DNA from: Candidatus Tayloriibacteriota bacterium
Lineage (GTDB): Bacteria > Patescibacteriota > Minisyncoccia > Phycocordibacterales > PALSA-1337
Length of the DNA stretch: 64,000 bases
Direction of reading: 5' to 3'
Assembly: GCA_943350765.1 (NCBI GenBank)
Contig: CALRAJ010000001.1
Location: 96,689-160,688 of the forward strand
Of this stretch, positions 48,452 through 56,880 are shown one piece after another. Both the position numbers and the translations under genes were made by a program. Within the stretch, counting starts at the first letter, position 1; every line of letters starts with the position of its first letter. The notes beneath the pieces are model-generated. The model was not told the DNA's origin, did no database searches, and worked only from the letters and a program-made list of their open reading frames with translations.

Positions 48452-49825
48452 TTAGCCCTTATCAAAATCACCAAAATCATTTTTCTCCATACTCATAAAA
48501 GTTGTCTTCTTTTCATCAAAGTATAGTTCTGCCACTCCTGTCGGACCATTTCGGTGCTTTTCTATCATAATCTCGGCGATATTTTTCTTGTCTGAATTCT
48601 CATTGTATTTATCCTCGCGATGAATAAACATCACCACATCGGCATCTTGCTCAATAGAGCCAGAGTCTCGTAGGTCTGAAAGTCTCGGCTTACCACCTCT
48701 CTGCTCGACTGCTCGAGAAAGCTGAGAAAGAGCGATCACGGGAACATCGAGCTCACGAGCTAGATTTTTGAGCGAGCGGGATATCTCCGTGACTTGCTGT
48801 ACGACATTGTCGGAGTTTCTGCTCTGGGTCGGTACCATAAGCTGGAGGTAGTCCACAATAATCAAGCCTAGCCCCTTTTCACTTTTTAGTCTACGAGCAA
48901 TAGATCGCATTTTCAGGATATTATTACCCGGCTGATCATCTATATATATCGGTGCCTTTGAGAGCTTGTCCATAGCATCACGAATACGACTAAAATCCTC
49001 CTCAATCGACAGATTTTGTCCTGTACGAATCTTCCACGAGTCCACTTGAGACTCAGCTGCTAGCATTCTATCTACCAGCTGTTGTGAGCTCATTTCGAGA
49101 GAAAAAATACCGACTGGGATATTGTGATTGATTGCTGTTTTGCGCGCAATGTCGAGTGCAAGCGAGGTTTTACCCATAGAAGGTCGTGCTGCAAGAATAA
49201 TCAAGTCTGACTTCTGGAAACCCGCGAGCTTGTTATCCAGCTCCTTGAAACCTGTCGGTACACCACGCATTTCACCTTTTGTCTTATGTAAACGGTCGAT
49301 TCTCTCCCATGCTTCCACGAGTGTATCCTTGAGCTCAATAAATTTGCTAGTGCCAGAGTAGTTGGTAACCTCAAAAATCTTTTTCTCGGCTCGGTCTAGT
49401 ATATCCTCAAGCTCAGAAGCTTCGTCAAAGCCTAGCTCACCGATATGCTCCGCAGCCTCGATCAGACCACGCATCATCGACTTTTTTTGAATTATTTCAG
49501 CATAATGCTTGGCGTTAGTCGAAGATGGCACGGCATTTACCAGCTCCGTGAGAAAACTCGCTCCACCCACCTGCTCTAGCTGACCTTTTTCTTTGAGACG
49601 AGACGAGAGTGACAAAAGATCTATTGGAGTAGCTTTACCAAAAAGCTCTAACATCGTCTTCCAGATCATTCTATGTTTTTCAACATAAAAAGACTGGGCA
49701 TTTGCGACATCCATAACTTCGTTTATAGCATCGGGGCGAATCATGATAGAACCGAGCAAGGCTTTTTCCGCCTCAATGCTTTGGGGTGGAATGCGGAGTG
49801 GAGCAGGTCGTATTGTTTTTTGCAT
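48452..49825 (-). CDS. dnaB: Replicative DNA helicase DnaB
   Basis: Walker A GKTSLALDIA, IIVDYLQLM and an N-terminal DnaB domain. Confidence 0.95.
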   Translation of the reverse strand: MQKTIRPAPLRIPPQSIEAEKALLGSIMIRPDAINEVMDVANAQSFYVEKHRMIWKTMLELFGKATPIDLLSLSSRLKEKGQLEQVGGASFLTELVNAVPSSTNAKHYAEIIQKKSMMRGLIEAAEHIGELGFDEASELEDILDRAEKKIFEVTNYSGTSKFIELKDTLVEAWERIDRLHKTKGEMRGVPTGFKELDNKLAGFQKSDLIILAARPSMGKTSLALDIARKTAINHNIPVGIFSLEMSSQQLVDRMLAAESQVDSWKIRTGQNLSIEEDFSRIRDAMDKLSKAPIYIDDQPGNNILKMRSIARRLKSEKGLGLIIVDYLQLMVPTQSRNSDNVVQQVTEISRSLKNLARELDVPVIALSQLSRAVEQRGGKPRLSDLRDSGSIEQDADVVMFIHREDKYNENSDKKNIAEIMIEKHRNGPTGVAELYFDEKKTTFMSMEKNDFGDFDKG

Positions 49826-49942
49826 AGAGCTATTCTAGCACGCCATTTATATTCGCAAAGATAAAAATAGGAAAAGTCTGTGTCTAAGCTGTGTACAAAA
49901 AAACATCTAAAAATAATCAGTTGTACTAATCTAGTGAATTCC

Positions 49943-49996
49943 TCCTCCTTGTATACCATAATTCCGCGACCGCGGAATTATGGTATACAAGGAGGA
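49943..49996. repeat. 54-bp near-perfect palindrome (26-bp arms, 2-nt centre)
   Basis: tcctccttgtataccataattccgcg-ac-cgcggaattatggtatacaaggagga. Confidence 0.85.
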
Positions 49997-50138
49997 TTGT
50001 TGTTATACTTGTGTAAATATGTAAAAAAGTGAACAGAAAGAAAAAAGACTTATTAAAATAAATCTGATCCAGAAAGTAATTCTTGATTCTATCATTACCA
50101 CGGGGATTCTATCTGTATCATTAATTGCTCCCAACGCA

Positions 50139-50600
50139 GTGCGACTTCTTAAATGGGCAGGGTTAGAGAAACGACTCAAAAGAAGCAAGCTTCAGATTAT
50201 TTCTAGAGCCAAAAAAGAGCTAGTTAAAAAAGGCTTGCTTGTGGTAGAAGATAGTTTACATGGAAAAGTTATGAGAATTACGGAGTTGGGTAAAAGTGCA
50301 TTGGAAAGAGAGCTTCTTATTGCAAAACGAGTAGATACAAAGTGGGATGGTAAATGGCGTGTAATTATTTTCGACATCCCAGAGAAAAGAAAGTTGACGC
50401 GAGATAAACTTCGATACAGTTTAGTTTCTGTTGGTTTTATAAAGATCCAAAATAGTGTATGGGTATATCCACATCCATGTGAAAATCTAATCTCATTACT
50501 CAAAGCAGATTTTAAAATAGGAAAGGATGTACTCTACCTTATCGTTGACCAACTAGAGGGAGATTCCTACTTACAGGAACAGTTTAATCTGAAAAAATAA
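50139..50600 (+). CDS. Winged-helix DNA-binding protein with C-terminal Cas2/VapD-like domain (start uncertain)
   Basis: N-terminal wHTH (QIISRAKKELVKKGLLVVEDSLHGKVMRITELGKSALE). The C-terminal WRVIIFDIPEKRKLTRDKLRYSLVSVGFIKIQNSVWVY resembles the Cas2 beta1-alpha1-beta2 consensus (Y/FDV...R.K....L...G.RVQNSVF). The track start is a GTG. The reading frame stays open upstream to 50025 and encodes a plausible hydrophobic segment, so the true start may use a non-ATG codon. Confidence 0.5.
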   Translation: MRLLKWAGLEKRLKRSKLQIISRAKKELVKKGLLVVEDSLHGKVMRITELGKSALERELLIAKRVDTKWDGKWRVIIFDIPEKRKLTRDKLRYSLVSVGFIKIQNSVWVYPHPCENLISLLKADFKIGKDVLYLIVDQLEGDSYLQEQFNLKK

Positions 50601-50654
50601 TCAAAAATATTTATATACACTATGTAGAACGATTAGATCAAACCATCATAATGT

Positions 50655-50712
50655 AAAAAACTATGTATACACATATTCCGCGGTCGCGGAATATGTGTAT
50701 ACATAGTTTTTT
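50655..50712. repeat. 58-bp near-perfect palindrome (28-bp arms, 2-nt centre), related to 49943-49996
   Basis: aaaaaactatgtatacacatattccgcg-gt-cgcggaatatgtgtatacatagtttttt. It shares the core attccgcgRYcgcggaat and the gtatac sub-palindromes with the upstream palindrome. Confidence 0.85.
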
Positions 50713-50806
50713 ATTGGTTTGATTGTTTTATTGTAATTGTGGAGAATATCCCGATGGCTTGCCGCGGGGAGTTTTATTTACGATACTATTTGCTATACTA
50801 ATCTCC

Positions 50807-51463
50807 ATGGACTCAATTCATTCGCTAATACAGTATTTTACCGAGCTACCTGGTGTCGGGCCACGACAAGCAAAAAGGTTTGTTTATTTTTTACTGAGTA
50901 GGAATGCTCGCTACCTCGACGAAATGTGTCGGCTGATTCAGGATCTCAAAAACACCATCAAAACATGTACCGAATGTTTTAGATTTTTCCCCAATGACAC
51001 TCGAGATGGTCTGATCTGCAATATTTGCAAAAATATAAATCGAGATAAAGCTAGTCTAATGATAGTCTGTAGAGATGTGGATTTTGAAACAATCGAAAAA
51101 AGTCATTTATACAATGGTAAGTATTTTATCCTCGGCGGTACTGTCCCTGTGCTTGAAAAAGTGCCAGAAAAGAAAATCCGCTTAAATGAACTTTTATCTA
51201 CCGTCGAAAGGCGAGCTGAAACTGAAGGACTCAGGGAAATAATCTTTGCCATGAGTGTAAATCCTGAAGGAGAAAATACTCTCGACTTCCTAAAACAATC
51301 CCTCACACCGGTCACACAAAAGTACAGCATCACAATGAGTGCGCTCGGTCGTGGACTTTCGACTGGCACCGAGCTCGAGTATTCAGATAGTGATACGATC
51401 AAAAATGCGTTGAAAAATAGAGTTTCGGAGCGAAAAAGTGATGACTCAATTATAAAAACATGA
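50807..51463 (+). CDS. recR: Recombination protein RecR
   Basis: HhH (LIQYFTELPGVGPRQAKRFVYFLL), a C4 zinc finger (CTEC...CNIC) and a Toprim domain. Confidence 0.9.
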   Translation: MDSIHSLIQYFTELPGVGPRQAKRFVYFLLSRNARYLDEMCRLIQDLKNTIKTCTECFRFFPNDTRDGLICNICKNINRDKASLMIVCRDVDFETIEKSHLYNGKYFILGGTVPVLEKVPEKKIRLNELLSTVERRAETEGLREIIFAMSVNPEGENTLDFLKQSLTPVTQKYSITMSALGRGLSTGTELEYSDSDTIKNALKNRVSERKSDDSIIKT

Positions 51464-51615
51464 AAAAGATTGTTACCATCATTTGTGTCACAATTCTTAT
51501 TTTAATATCTTTTATTTTTAGAGACCGTTGTTTAGGAAGAACAGGGGGTGAGGATAGCAACCCTGATTTACTGACAAAAATTGGACAACTTATGTGTCCT
51601 TACACAAACAAATAA
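51460..51615 (+). CDS. Small putative secreted peptide overlapping the recR stop (ATGA)
   Basis: 51 aa, MKKIVTIICVTILILISFIFRDRCLGRTGGEDSNPDLLTKIGQLMCPYTNK, with a signal-like N-terminus and 3 Cys. Not in the ORF track because it is under 60 aa. Confidence 0.3.
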   Translation: MKKIVTIICVTILILISFIFRDRCLGRTGGEDSNPDLLTKIGQLMCPYTNK

Positions 51616-51758
51616 AAGCTCAGCAACAAGTGTTTTACTAAAGTGGTCTATGTTGGCTTAATTTTCCTTAACCCCCGATTTTTCTACTGAAAAATCGGGG
51701 GGCTTCCTCATCCCACCGCTCTACAGAGCCATTAATCACCCACCACATCCACAAAACT

Positions 51759-51788
51759 TGACATTTACATACATAGTATGCTATAATA
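51759..51788 (+). promoter_or_regulatory. Consensus sigma70 promoter upstream of the GC-rich gene
   Basis: TTGACA, 18 nt, TATAAT (ttgacatttacatacatagtatgctataat). Confidence 0.55.
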
Positions 51789-52010
51789 AGCTGTAGAAGA
51801 TATAAATGGTTCTTTGATAAGGATTCGCCGACAGAATAGTGTGTGGGAGATATAAAATAAAATATCGGGTAGTAATTGCTCAACAAATTGATTTTTACCG
51901 CAATGTACCCTCATCTCTTCCCCACTCTTCTGTCGTGTGAACATCAAAAAACATACGCTGATAGTACCCTTGTCGGGTATGAGTTAGAAAGTCGGAAATG
52001 GAGAAATACT

Positions 52011-52595
52011 ATGAGTCAAGATACTGTCTGTGTGGACGAGGTCGTTATTCCTCTGGACGAAATCGGCACCACGGTTCCGACAGGCGGGGCGATACCGCCC
52101 ATCCTGATCGGAAGTATGAGCAATGTCGAGATGATCGTCCTTAAACATAAGGTCATCCGCGCAAACATCCCTCGGAAAACCTTCGAACGGACCCGCTCGA
52201 CCACGGCCTCACAACCCCGAGGTCTCCAGGTCATCAACAACCTGCCAAATGTCTCGCTGAGGCAGCTATTCCGCGGGCTTATCTGCACGGAATACCTGCT
52301 CAGCGAGGTCAACTACGACTACCTGCCGGTGGTCGCTGGACAGCCACAAATGGCGATGGTAAATGTTGTCTTCATGCACCAATCCATGGTGCGTGGACAG
52401 CTGGCACCGATCAGTCCCCTGACACTGGAGGACATCCACGAGATGATGGCGGTACCTGCACGATGGTGCCACGCCTTCCAGAACCCGGATCAAACGCTCG
52501 TGTTCAACTTTGTTGGGCTGGCAAACAGGATCCGACCTGAAAACCAACTCGTGGTCGAGGACACTCACATCAGGGTGGTTGAATTGAAAAAGTAA
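52011..52595 (+). CDS. Hypothetical protein encoded in a GC-rich (about 58%) island
   Basis: Start taken at the ATG at 52011 (MSQDTVCVDEVVIPL...). No recognisable motif. Strong compositional contrast, with antisense ORFs. Confidence 0.45.
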   Translation: MSQDTVCVDEVVIPLDEIGTTVPTGGAIPPILIGSMSNVEMIVLKHKVIRANIPRKTFERTRSTTASQPRGLQVINNLPNVSLRQLFRGLICTEYLLSEVNYDYLPVVAGQPQMAMVNVVFMHQSMVRGQLAPISPLTLEDIHEMMAVPARWCHAFQNPDQTLVFNFVGLANRIRPENQLVVEDTHIRVVELKK

Positions 52596-52696
52596 CCACC
52601 ACAAAAATAGGGAGTCAGACCCTGAAAAATAAACTGATACGCCCCGCGAGTACATGTAGTGTACTAGCGGTTTTTATTTTCATAAATCGGCAGTAC

Positions 52697-52718
52697 AAAA
52701 AACCCCTCTTGGGGTTTT
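52697..52718. terminator. Bidirectional terminator between the GC-rich gene and rplU
   Basis: aaaaaacccc-tctt-ggggtttt. Confidence 0.6.
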
Positions 52719-52757
52719 GGTTGTGTAAAAAACGCGTCAATTTTAGACTATCCTGTA

Positions 52758-53075
52758 TTATTTTATAGAATCAATAGCAACACGGAAGAATGGCTGACGA
52801 TGACCGTTTTTCTTAAAATATCGGCTCTTTTGCTTGTACTTGATAACATTCACCTTTGCTTCTCGGCCAATTTCTTTTAGAGTTGCTTCCACTTTTGCAC
52901 CATCAATAAATGGTGTGCCGATAGTGGTGTCTTTGCCGTTGTCTACAAGTAGGACTTTATCAAAGGTAATCTTGTCACCTTCGGCATAAGTACCTGTGAT
53001 TTTCTCAATATCTATAACATCGCCCTTGGCGACCTTGTATTGCTTGCCTCCTGTTTGTATAACCGCAAATTCCAT
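52758..53075 (-). CDS. rplU: 50S ribosomal protein L21
   Basis: MEFAVIQTGGKQYKVAKGDVIDIEKI... Confidence 0.95.
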   Translation of the reverse strand: MEFAVIQTGGKQYKVAKGDVIDIEKITGTYAEGDKITFDKVLLVDNGKDTTIGTPFIDGAKVEATLKEIGREAKVNVIKYKQKSRYFKKNGHRQPFFRVAIDSIK

Positions 53076-53094
53076 AGTGCTGGACAGTATATAT

Positions 53095-53345
53095 TAAATC
53101 CCAAATAAGTGCAAGCGCCAATTTATAAGGAGCGGAGCGACTTTATAAATTGTGCGTACCGAGGTATTTCCCTCGGTATCGGCCAATAGAGCGAAGCAAC
53201 CTTATGGTTTTTGTATTCTAAGCTCACCAGAGCGTAGTGCAAAGAGCCTAGCAAGGCGTAGGGCAAACAGATAGAGTCACCGAATGTACTGATTTCAGTA
53301 AAGCCATTTTCATCGGCTAAACCCCGTGTTTAGCCGATGAAAAAA
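53095..53345. repeat. Composite repeated leader element upstream of rplU (copy L2), ending in an F3 palindrome
   Basis: Shares motifs with 33620-33896. It contains the hairpin accgagg-tatttc-cctcggt and the terminal palindrome tcatcggctaaaccccgtgtttagccgatga (53309-53340). Confidence 0.6.
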
Positions 53346-53374
53346 TAGCGTATATTGAGTTCCATTATTTATCC

Positions 53375-54475
53375 CTACTCCTCCTGTCCAATATCTGGCT
53401 TTTCTATCGCCAAAGCCTCTATACCTGCCGAGGCACCCGTAATACGCAAAACATCCTTATCTATCTTCTGTAGCTCCTTTGAGGCCTTATTATAGTGATT
53501 TACCGTAGTAGAAAGCGAGCTACCCAGTGACCCCATAAACTGCTCATATGCCCCCAAATGCTTGCCCAAGTCCTCTACCCGCTTGCGAATATCCTTTGCC
53601 GACTCTTCTATCTGCAGTGCCTTTAAACCTTGCAAAACTGTCTGAAGATATGCCAAAAATGAAGTCGGGGAAACAATGATCACCCGCTTTTCCTTGAATG
53701 CATACTCTACTAGGTCGCGGGTATTTACCTTTACTGCACCCACCTGCGACACAAGGAGGTCATAATAGATTGCTTCATGTGGAATAAACATAAAAGCAAA
53801 ATCCATAGTATTTTCGGCTGGCTTTACATATTTTGCCGTCTCATCAATACGATTTTTTAAATCATTTTTAAATAGCTTTTCTAAACGCTCACGCTCAAGA
53901 GGATCTTTTTCCTCTACCAGACGATTATAATTTTCAAGCGAAAACTTTGAGTCAATGGGAATGACTTTGTCCTTTACAAAAACCACCGCATCTACAATAG
54001 TACCGTCACTAAAAGGGTACTGCATTTGAAAGTTACCTGGTGGTAGGACATTCTTGAGTAGTGTCTCCAGGTAGTACTCACCGAGAATCCCCCGCTGTTT
54101 TGGATTTTTCAAAATATCCTGCAGACTCTGGAGCTGATCAGCAAATGACACCACTTGCCTATTGGTTTCATCTAGCTTTGTAAGACCCTGTGTTACCTCT
54201 TTTATTAGCTTTGCTGACTCTCCAAACTGACGGTGTATGGTATCGCTCATACCCTTTGCAGACTCAGCCATTTTAGAATCAACAGTCTTGTTTAGCTCGC
54301 CAACCTTTATATCTACGGTACGGGTTAGCTCGTTCATCTGCTGGAGCAAAAGTTGCATACTACTCAGCTCAGTCGTCTCGCCCACACTCTTTTTTCGACG
54401 AATAATAAACACAACGAGGACAATATTCCCTACCACCAAAAGCCCAATTAAAAATATCAATATATTTTGAAGCAT
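53375..54475 (-). CDS. rmuC: DNA recombination protein RmuC
   Basis: N-terminal TM plus coiled coil, and a C-terminal RmuC nuclease-like core (DFAFMFIPHEAIYYDL). Confidence 0.85.
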   Translation of the reverse strand: MLQNILIFLIGLLVVGNIVLVVFIIRRKKSVGETTELSSMQLLLQQMNELTRTVDIKVGELNKTVDSKMAESAKGMSDTIHRQFGESAKLIKEVTQGLTKLDETNRQVVSFADQLQSLQDILKNPKQRGILGEYYLETLLKNVLPPGNFQMQYPFSDGTIVDAVVFVKDKVIPIDSKFSLENYNRLVEEKDPLERERLEKLFKNDLKNRIDETAKYVKPAENTMDFAFMFIPHEAIYYDLLVSQVGAVKVNTRDLVEYAFKEKRVIIVSPTSFLAYLQTVLQGLKALQIEESAKDIRKRVEDLGKHLGAYEQFMGSLGSSLSTTVNHYNKASKELQKIDKDVLRITGASAGIEALAIEKPDIGQEE

Positions 54476-54581
54476 TTTAAGATTATACCAATTATTAATC
54501 CATTATGGTAGTATTGGTATATTAAAAGTTGAAGATTTTAAACCAATTATAAACAACCCCCGACAATAATTATAAATAACC

Positions 54582-55037
54582 ATGTCATTACAACAAACAA
54601 TAAAAGACCAGATGAAGCCAGCCATGATTGCAAAAGATGCCGTGCGACTAGGTGTTATCAGAGGGCTTATGGCAGCATTTACAAACGACCTTGTTTCTAA
54701 AAATAAAGATACTCAGGATGCCCTCACAGATGAGGAGACAATGGCGATAATAAAAAAAGCTGTAAAGCAAAGGAAGGATTCTATCGAGCAATTTACAAAA
54801 GGTGGTCGTGAGGATTTGGCTGTAGATGAAAAGGCGGAGCTTGCAATACTTGAGACTTTTTTACCAAAAATGATGGGACAAGATGAGATTAGGAAAATCG
54901 CCGAGGCTTTAAAAGTAAAAATGGCGGTGACAGATAAAGCAAAAATGGGGCAGTTTATCGGTGCTGTGATGAAGGAAACAAAAGGTCAAGCGGACGGTAT
55001 GGATGTAAAAACAGTGGTTGAAAGTTTGTTTGCATAA
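54582..55037 (+). CDS. yqeY: GatB/YqeY domain protein
   Basis: 151 aa matching the YqeY consensus (…AMIAKDAVRLGVIRGLMAAF…GGREDLA…E.AIL..FLP). Confidence 0.8.
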   Translation: MSLQQTIKDQMKPAMIAKDAVRLGVIRGLMAAFTNDLVSKNKDTQDALTDEETMAIIKKAVKQRKDSIEQFTKGGREDLAVDEKAELAILETFLPKMMGQDEIRKIAEALKVKMAVTDKAKMGQFIGAVMKETKGQADGMDVKTVVESLFA

Positions 55038-55051
55038 GACAAAATACCAAC

Positions 55052-55357
55052 ATGCCAGATTCTTTTGAAAAGCTTTTTAAAGAACTCCAAGAGGTAGTAG
55101 ATCGGGCTGATTCTCCATCAGCAAAGAAAAAAATAGAAGAGGCAGAAGCCAAGGACAAAAGTATCGCCCAGCAAAATACTGTCGTTGAGCCAGATACGAG
55201 TGAGACTGTTGAGACATCCATGTCTACTGCTACTGAAACAGGTATATTAGAAGAAAGTCATGGAGAAAAGACTGATTGGTTGAGAAGACATGAGATGGAA
55301 ATGGAAGCGGAAGATGAAAAGCGAGGTCCAGTGCATGGTCCAGATAATGTGGTTTGA
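55052..55357 (+). CDS. Hypothetical acidic protein
   Basis: 101 aa, E/D-rich. Confidence 0.4.
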   Translation: MPDSFEKLFKELQEVVDRADSPSAKKKIEEAEAKDKSIAQQNTVVEPDTSETVETSMSTATETGILEESHGEKTDWLRRHEMEMEAEDEKRGPVHGPDNVV

Positions 55358-55378
55358 GAGATGGGGTAATTTAGATCT

Positions 55379-56248
55379 CTAAGACTTCTTGTACACCAAT
55401 TTTCCCAATAGTAATCCGATCAGTAGAGTGATAATGGAAATCCCGATGGTAAGTACTATCGACTTTTTACTCTGTGTTTGGCTGTCTGACTTTGAATCAG
55501 TGTCTGTTGCTATACTCACCTTGTCTGCTTCGTACACTACCAAGTTTCCCTCATTTGGCGTGAGTGCGGAGTTGCCCTTATAAAAATTCGTCATCTGACT
55601 CCTGTCTAGATTAGCGAGACCACTCACCACATGGAGTGTCTCACCTATATAGCCACCCTCAAAACAATCACCTTTTGTTGAAAGAAGTAATACTATCTTT
55701 TTATCAAAACCGGGAATAGCGTAGCCTTGGAAAAGAAATGGTTGGGTTATATTACAACCTACTATTGGAAACTCACTCACTTTTTTATTATTTTGATACA
55801 CAGAAGCGGTAAAGTGTCGGCGGAAAACCTCATTGGTATCAGGGCTGTAATTTTCAGAATCAGCACTGGTAAAAGTAACATCGATTGCGATATGGTTGGC
55901 TTTCAGACTGAGAGGAGTGAGAGGCTTGAGTCCTTCAATCATTTTATTGATTTCATCATTGGCTCCAGAGGAACCATATTCATAACCAGCTTTTTCTCCA
56001 TCATCACACGAGTAAACAATGTCAGTTTTCCCAGAAGCGAGGGAAAGTTTCAGGAGTTCGGGAGGACAGCCTCTGCCACCAGCATTTTGCATAATGTAGT
56101 AAACCGATTCGTTTGTAGGGTTATATGTAAAATTGTGTATAAAGGTCTCTCCACCGACTGTTGCGTAGGTAGGTATAGCGGTAAATAATGAGACAACCAT
56201 GACAACAGCAAACACCCCAAGAATGACTAATTTGATTTGATTTTTCAT
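55379..56248 (-). CDS. Hypothetical cell-surface protein (signal peptide plus C-terminal TM anchor)
   Basis: 289 aa. Confidence 0.5.
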   Translation of the reverse strand: MKNQIKLVILGVFAVVMVVSLFTAIPTYATVGGETFIHNFTYNPTNESVYYIMQNAGGRGCPPELLKLSLASGKTDIVYSCDDGEKAGYEYGSSGANDEINKMIEGLKPLTPLSLKANHIAIDVTFTSADSENYSPDTNEVFRRHFTASVYQNNKKVSEFPIVGCNITQPFLFQGYAIPGFDKKIVLLLSTKGDCFEGGYIGETLHVVSGLANLDRSQMTNFYKGNSALTPNEGNLVVYEADKVSIATDTDSKSDSQTQSKKSIVLTIGISIITLLIGLLLGKLVYKKS

Positions 56249-56329
56249 TTACTAATGATACCACAAAGAGTCGAACTTTGCTATCGCCCAGTATTCCCCT
56301 ACTATATAGGGTAATCCAATTTTAACCTT

Positions 56330-56370
56330 CAACGGCTCACTGGTTTTAAAGCGAAACCAGTGAGCCGTTG
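56330..56370. repeat. REP-like palindrome (family F2)
   Basis: caacggctcactggttttaaagcgaaaccagtgagccgttg. Confidence 0.75.
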
Positions 56371-56401
56371 GACTGAAATAAGCCTGTGTTTATGGGTGTT
56401 T

Positions 56402-56704
56402 TTACCTTTTTTCGTAGTAGACATATTTACCTTCCTTGCCAACCTGTATTATCAATTTTTCTTGCTCTAGCTCATCTAAATATCGGGTAGCGGTGGCATC
56501 GGATACATTTACCAGCCTCTGCACATCGTCGTTTGTTATTCGGGGCTTGGTAACAGAGAACAAACTCATTATCTCTCTCTTATACTCCGCTTTTAGTCTA
56601 ATCCGTTCGGCATCGGGGAGGTTTCTGTTGCTACGGTTGCGGTATGACCAGAGCAAAATAGCGAGGATGAGTAGGGTGGTGAGAATTATGAGTGTGGGGT
56701 TCAT
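56402..56704 (-). CDS. Membrane-anchored winged-helix transcriptional regulator
   Basis: N-terminal TM (LIILTTLLILAILLW) plus a wHTH (ITNDDVQRLVNVSDATATRYLDELEQEKLIIQVGKEGKYVYY). Confidence 0.55.
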   Translation of the reverse strand: MNPTLIILTTLLILAILLWSYRNRSNRNLPDAERIRLKAEYKREIMSLFSVTKPRITNDDVQRLVNVSDATATRYLDELEQEKLIIQVGKEGKYVYYEKR

Positions 56705-56746
56705 GGAGGTAGTATATCAAAAATTAAATAAAATTTGAATTAAACC

Positions 56747-56878
56747 CTACATCGCATCCAAAATTTCAAAGGCATCATCTACATCCAGTCCAGTTTCATC
56801 GACAACCTCCTGAAGCTTTTCTGCTTCATCTTTATCCAAATCTTCCTCTTTTGCTTTTTCAAATACTTCGGGGTCCAT
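56747..56878 (-). CDS. Small highly acidic protein (43 aa) translationally coupled to the hsdR stop
   Basis: MDPEVFEKAKEEDLDKDEAEKLQEVVDETGLDVDDAFEILDAM, 17 of 43 residues D/E. Its ATG lies 2 nt after the hsdR stop. Absent from the ORF track because it is under 60 aa. Confidence 0.35.
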   Translation of the reverse strand: MDPEVFEKAKEEDLDKDEAEKLQEVVDETGLDVDDAFEILDAM

Positions 56879-56880
56879 GG

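Noticed and set aside
50003-50188. 61-aa minus-strand ORF upstream of the Cas2-like gene
   Set aside because: It is antisense to the probable N-terminal extension of the wHTH/Cas2-like gene and hydrophobic by composition only.
12301-56370. Possible CRISPR array formed by the recurring palindromes
   Set aside because: The palindromes are dispersed singly across the window. They are not in tandem and have no regular 30-40 bp spacers or constant repeat unit. No cas1 or other cas genes are present. This is REP-like, not CRISPR.
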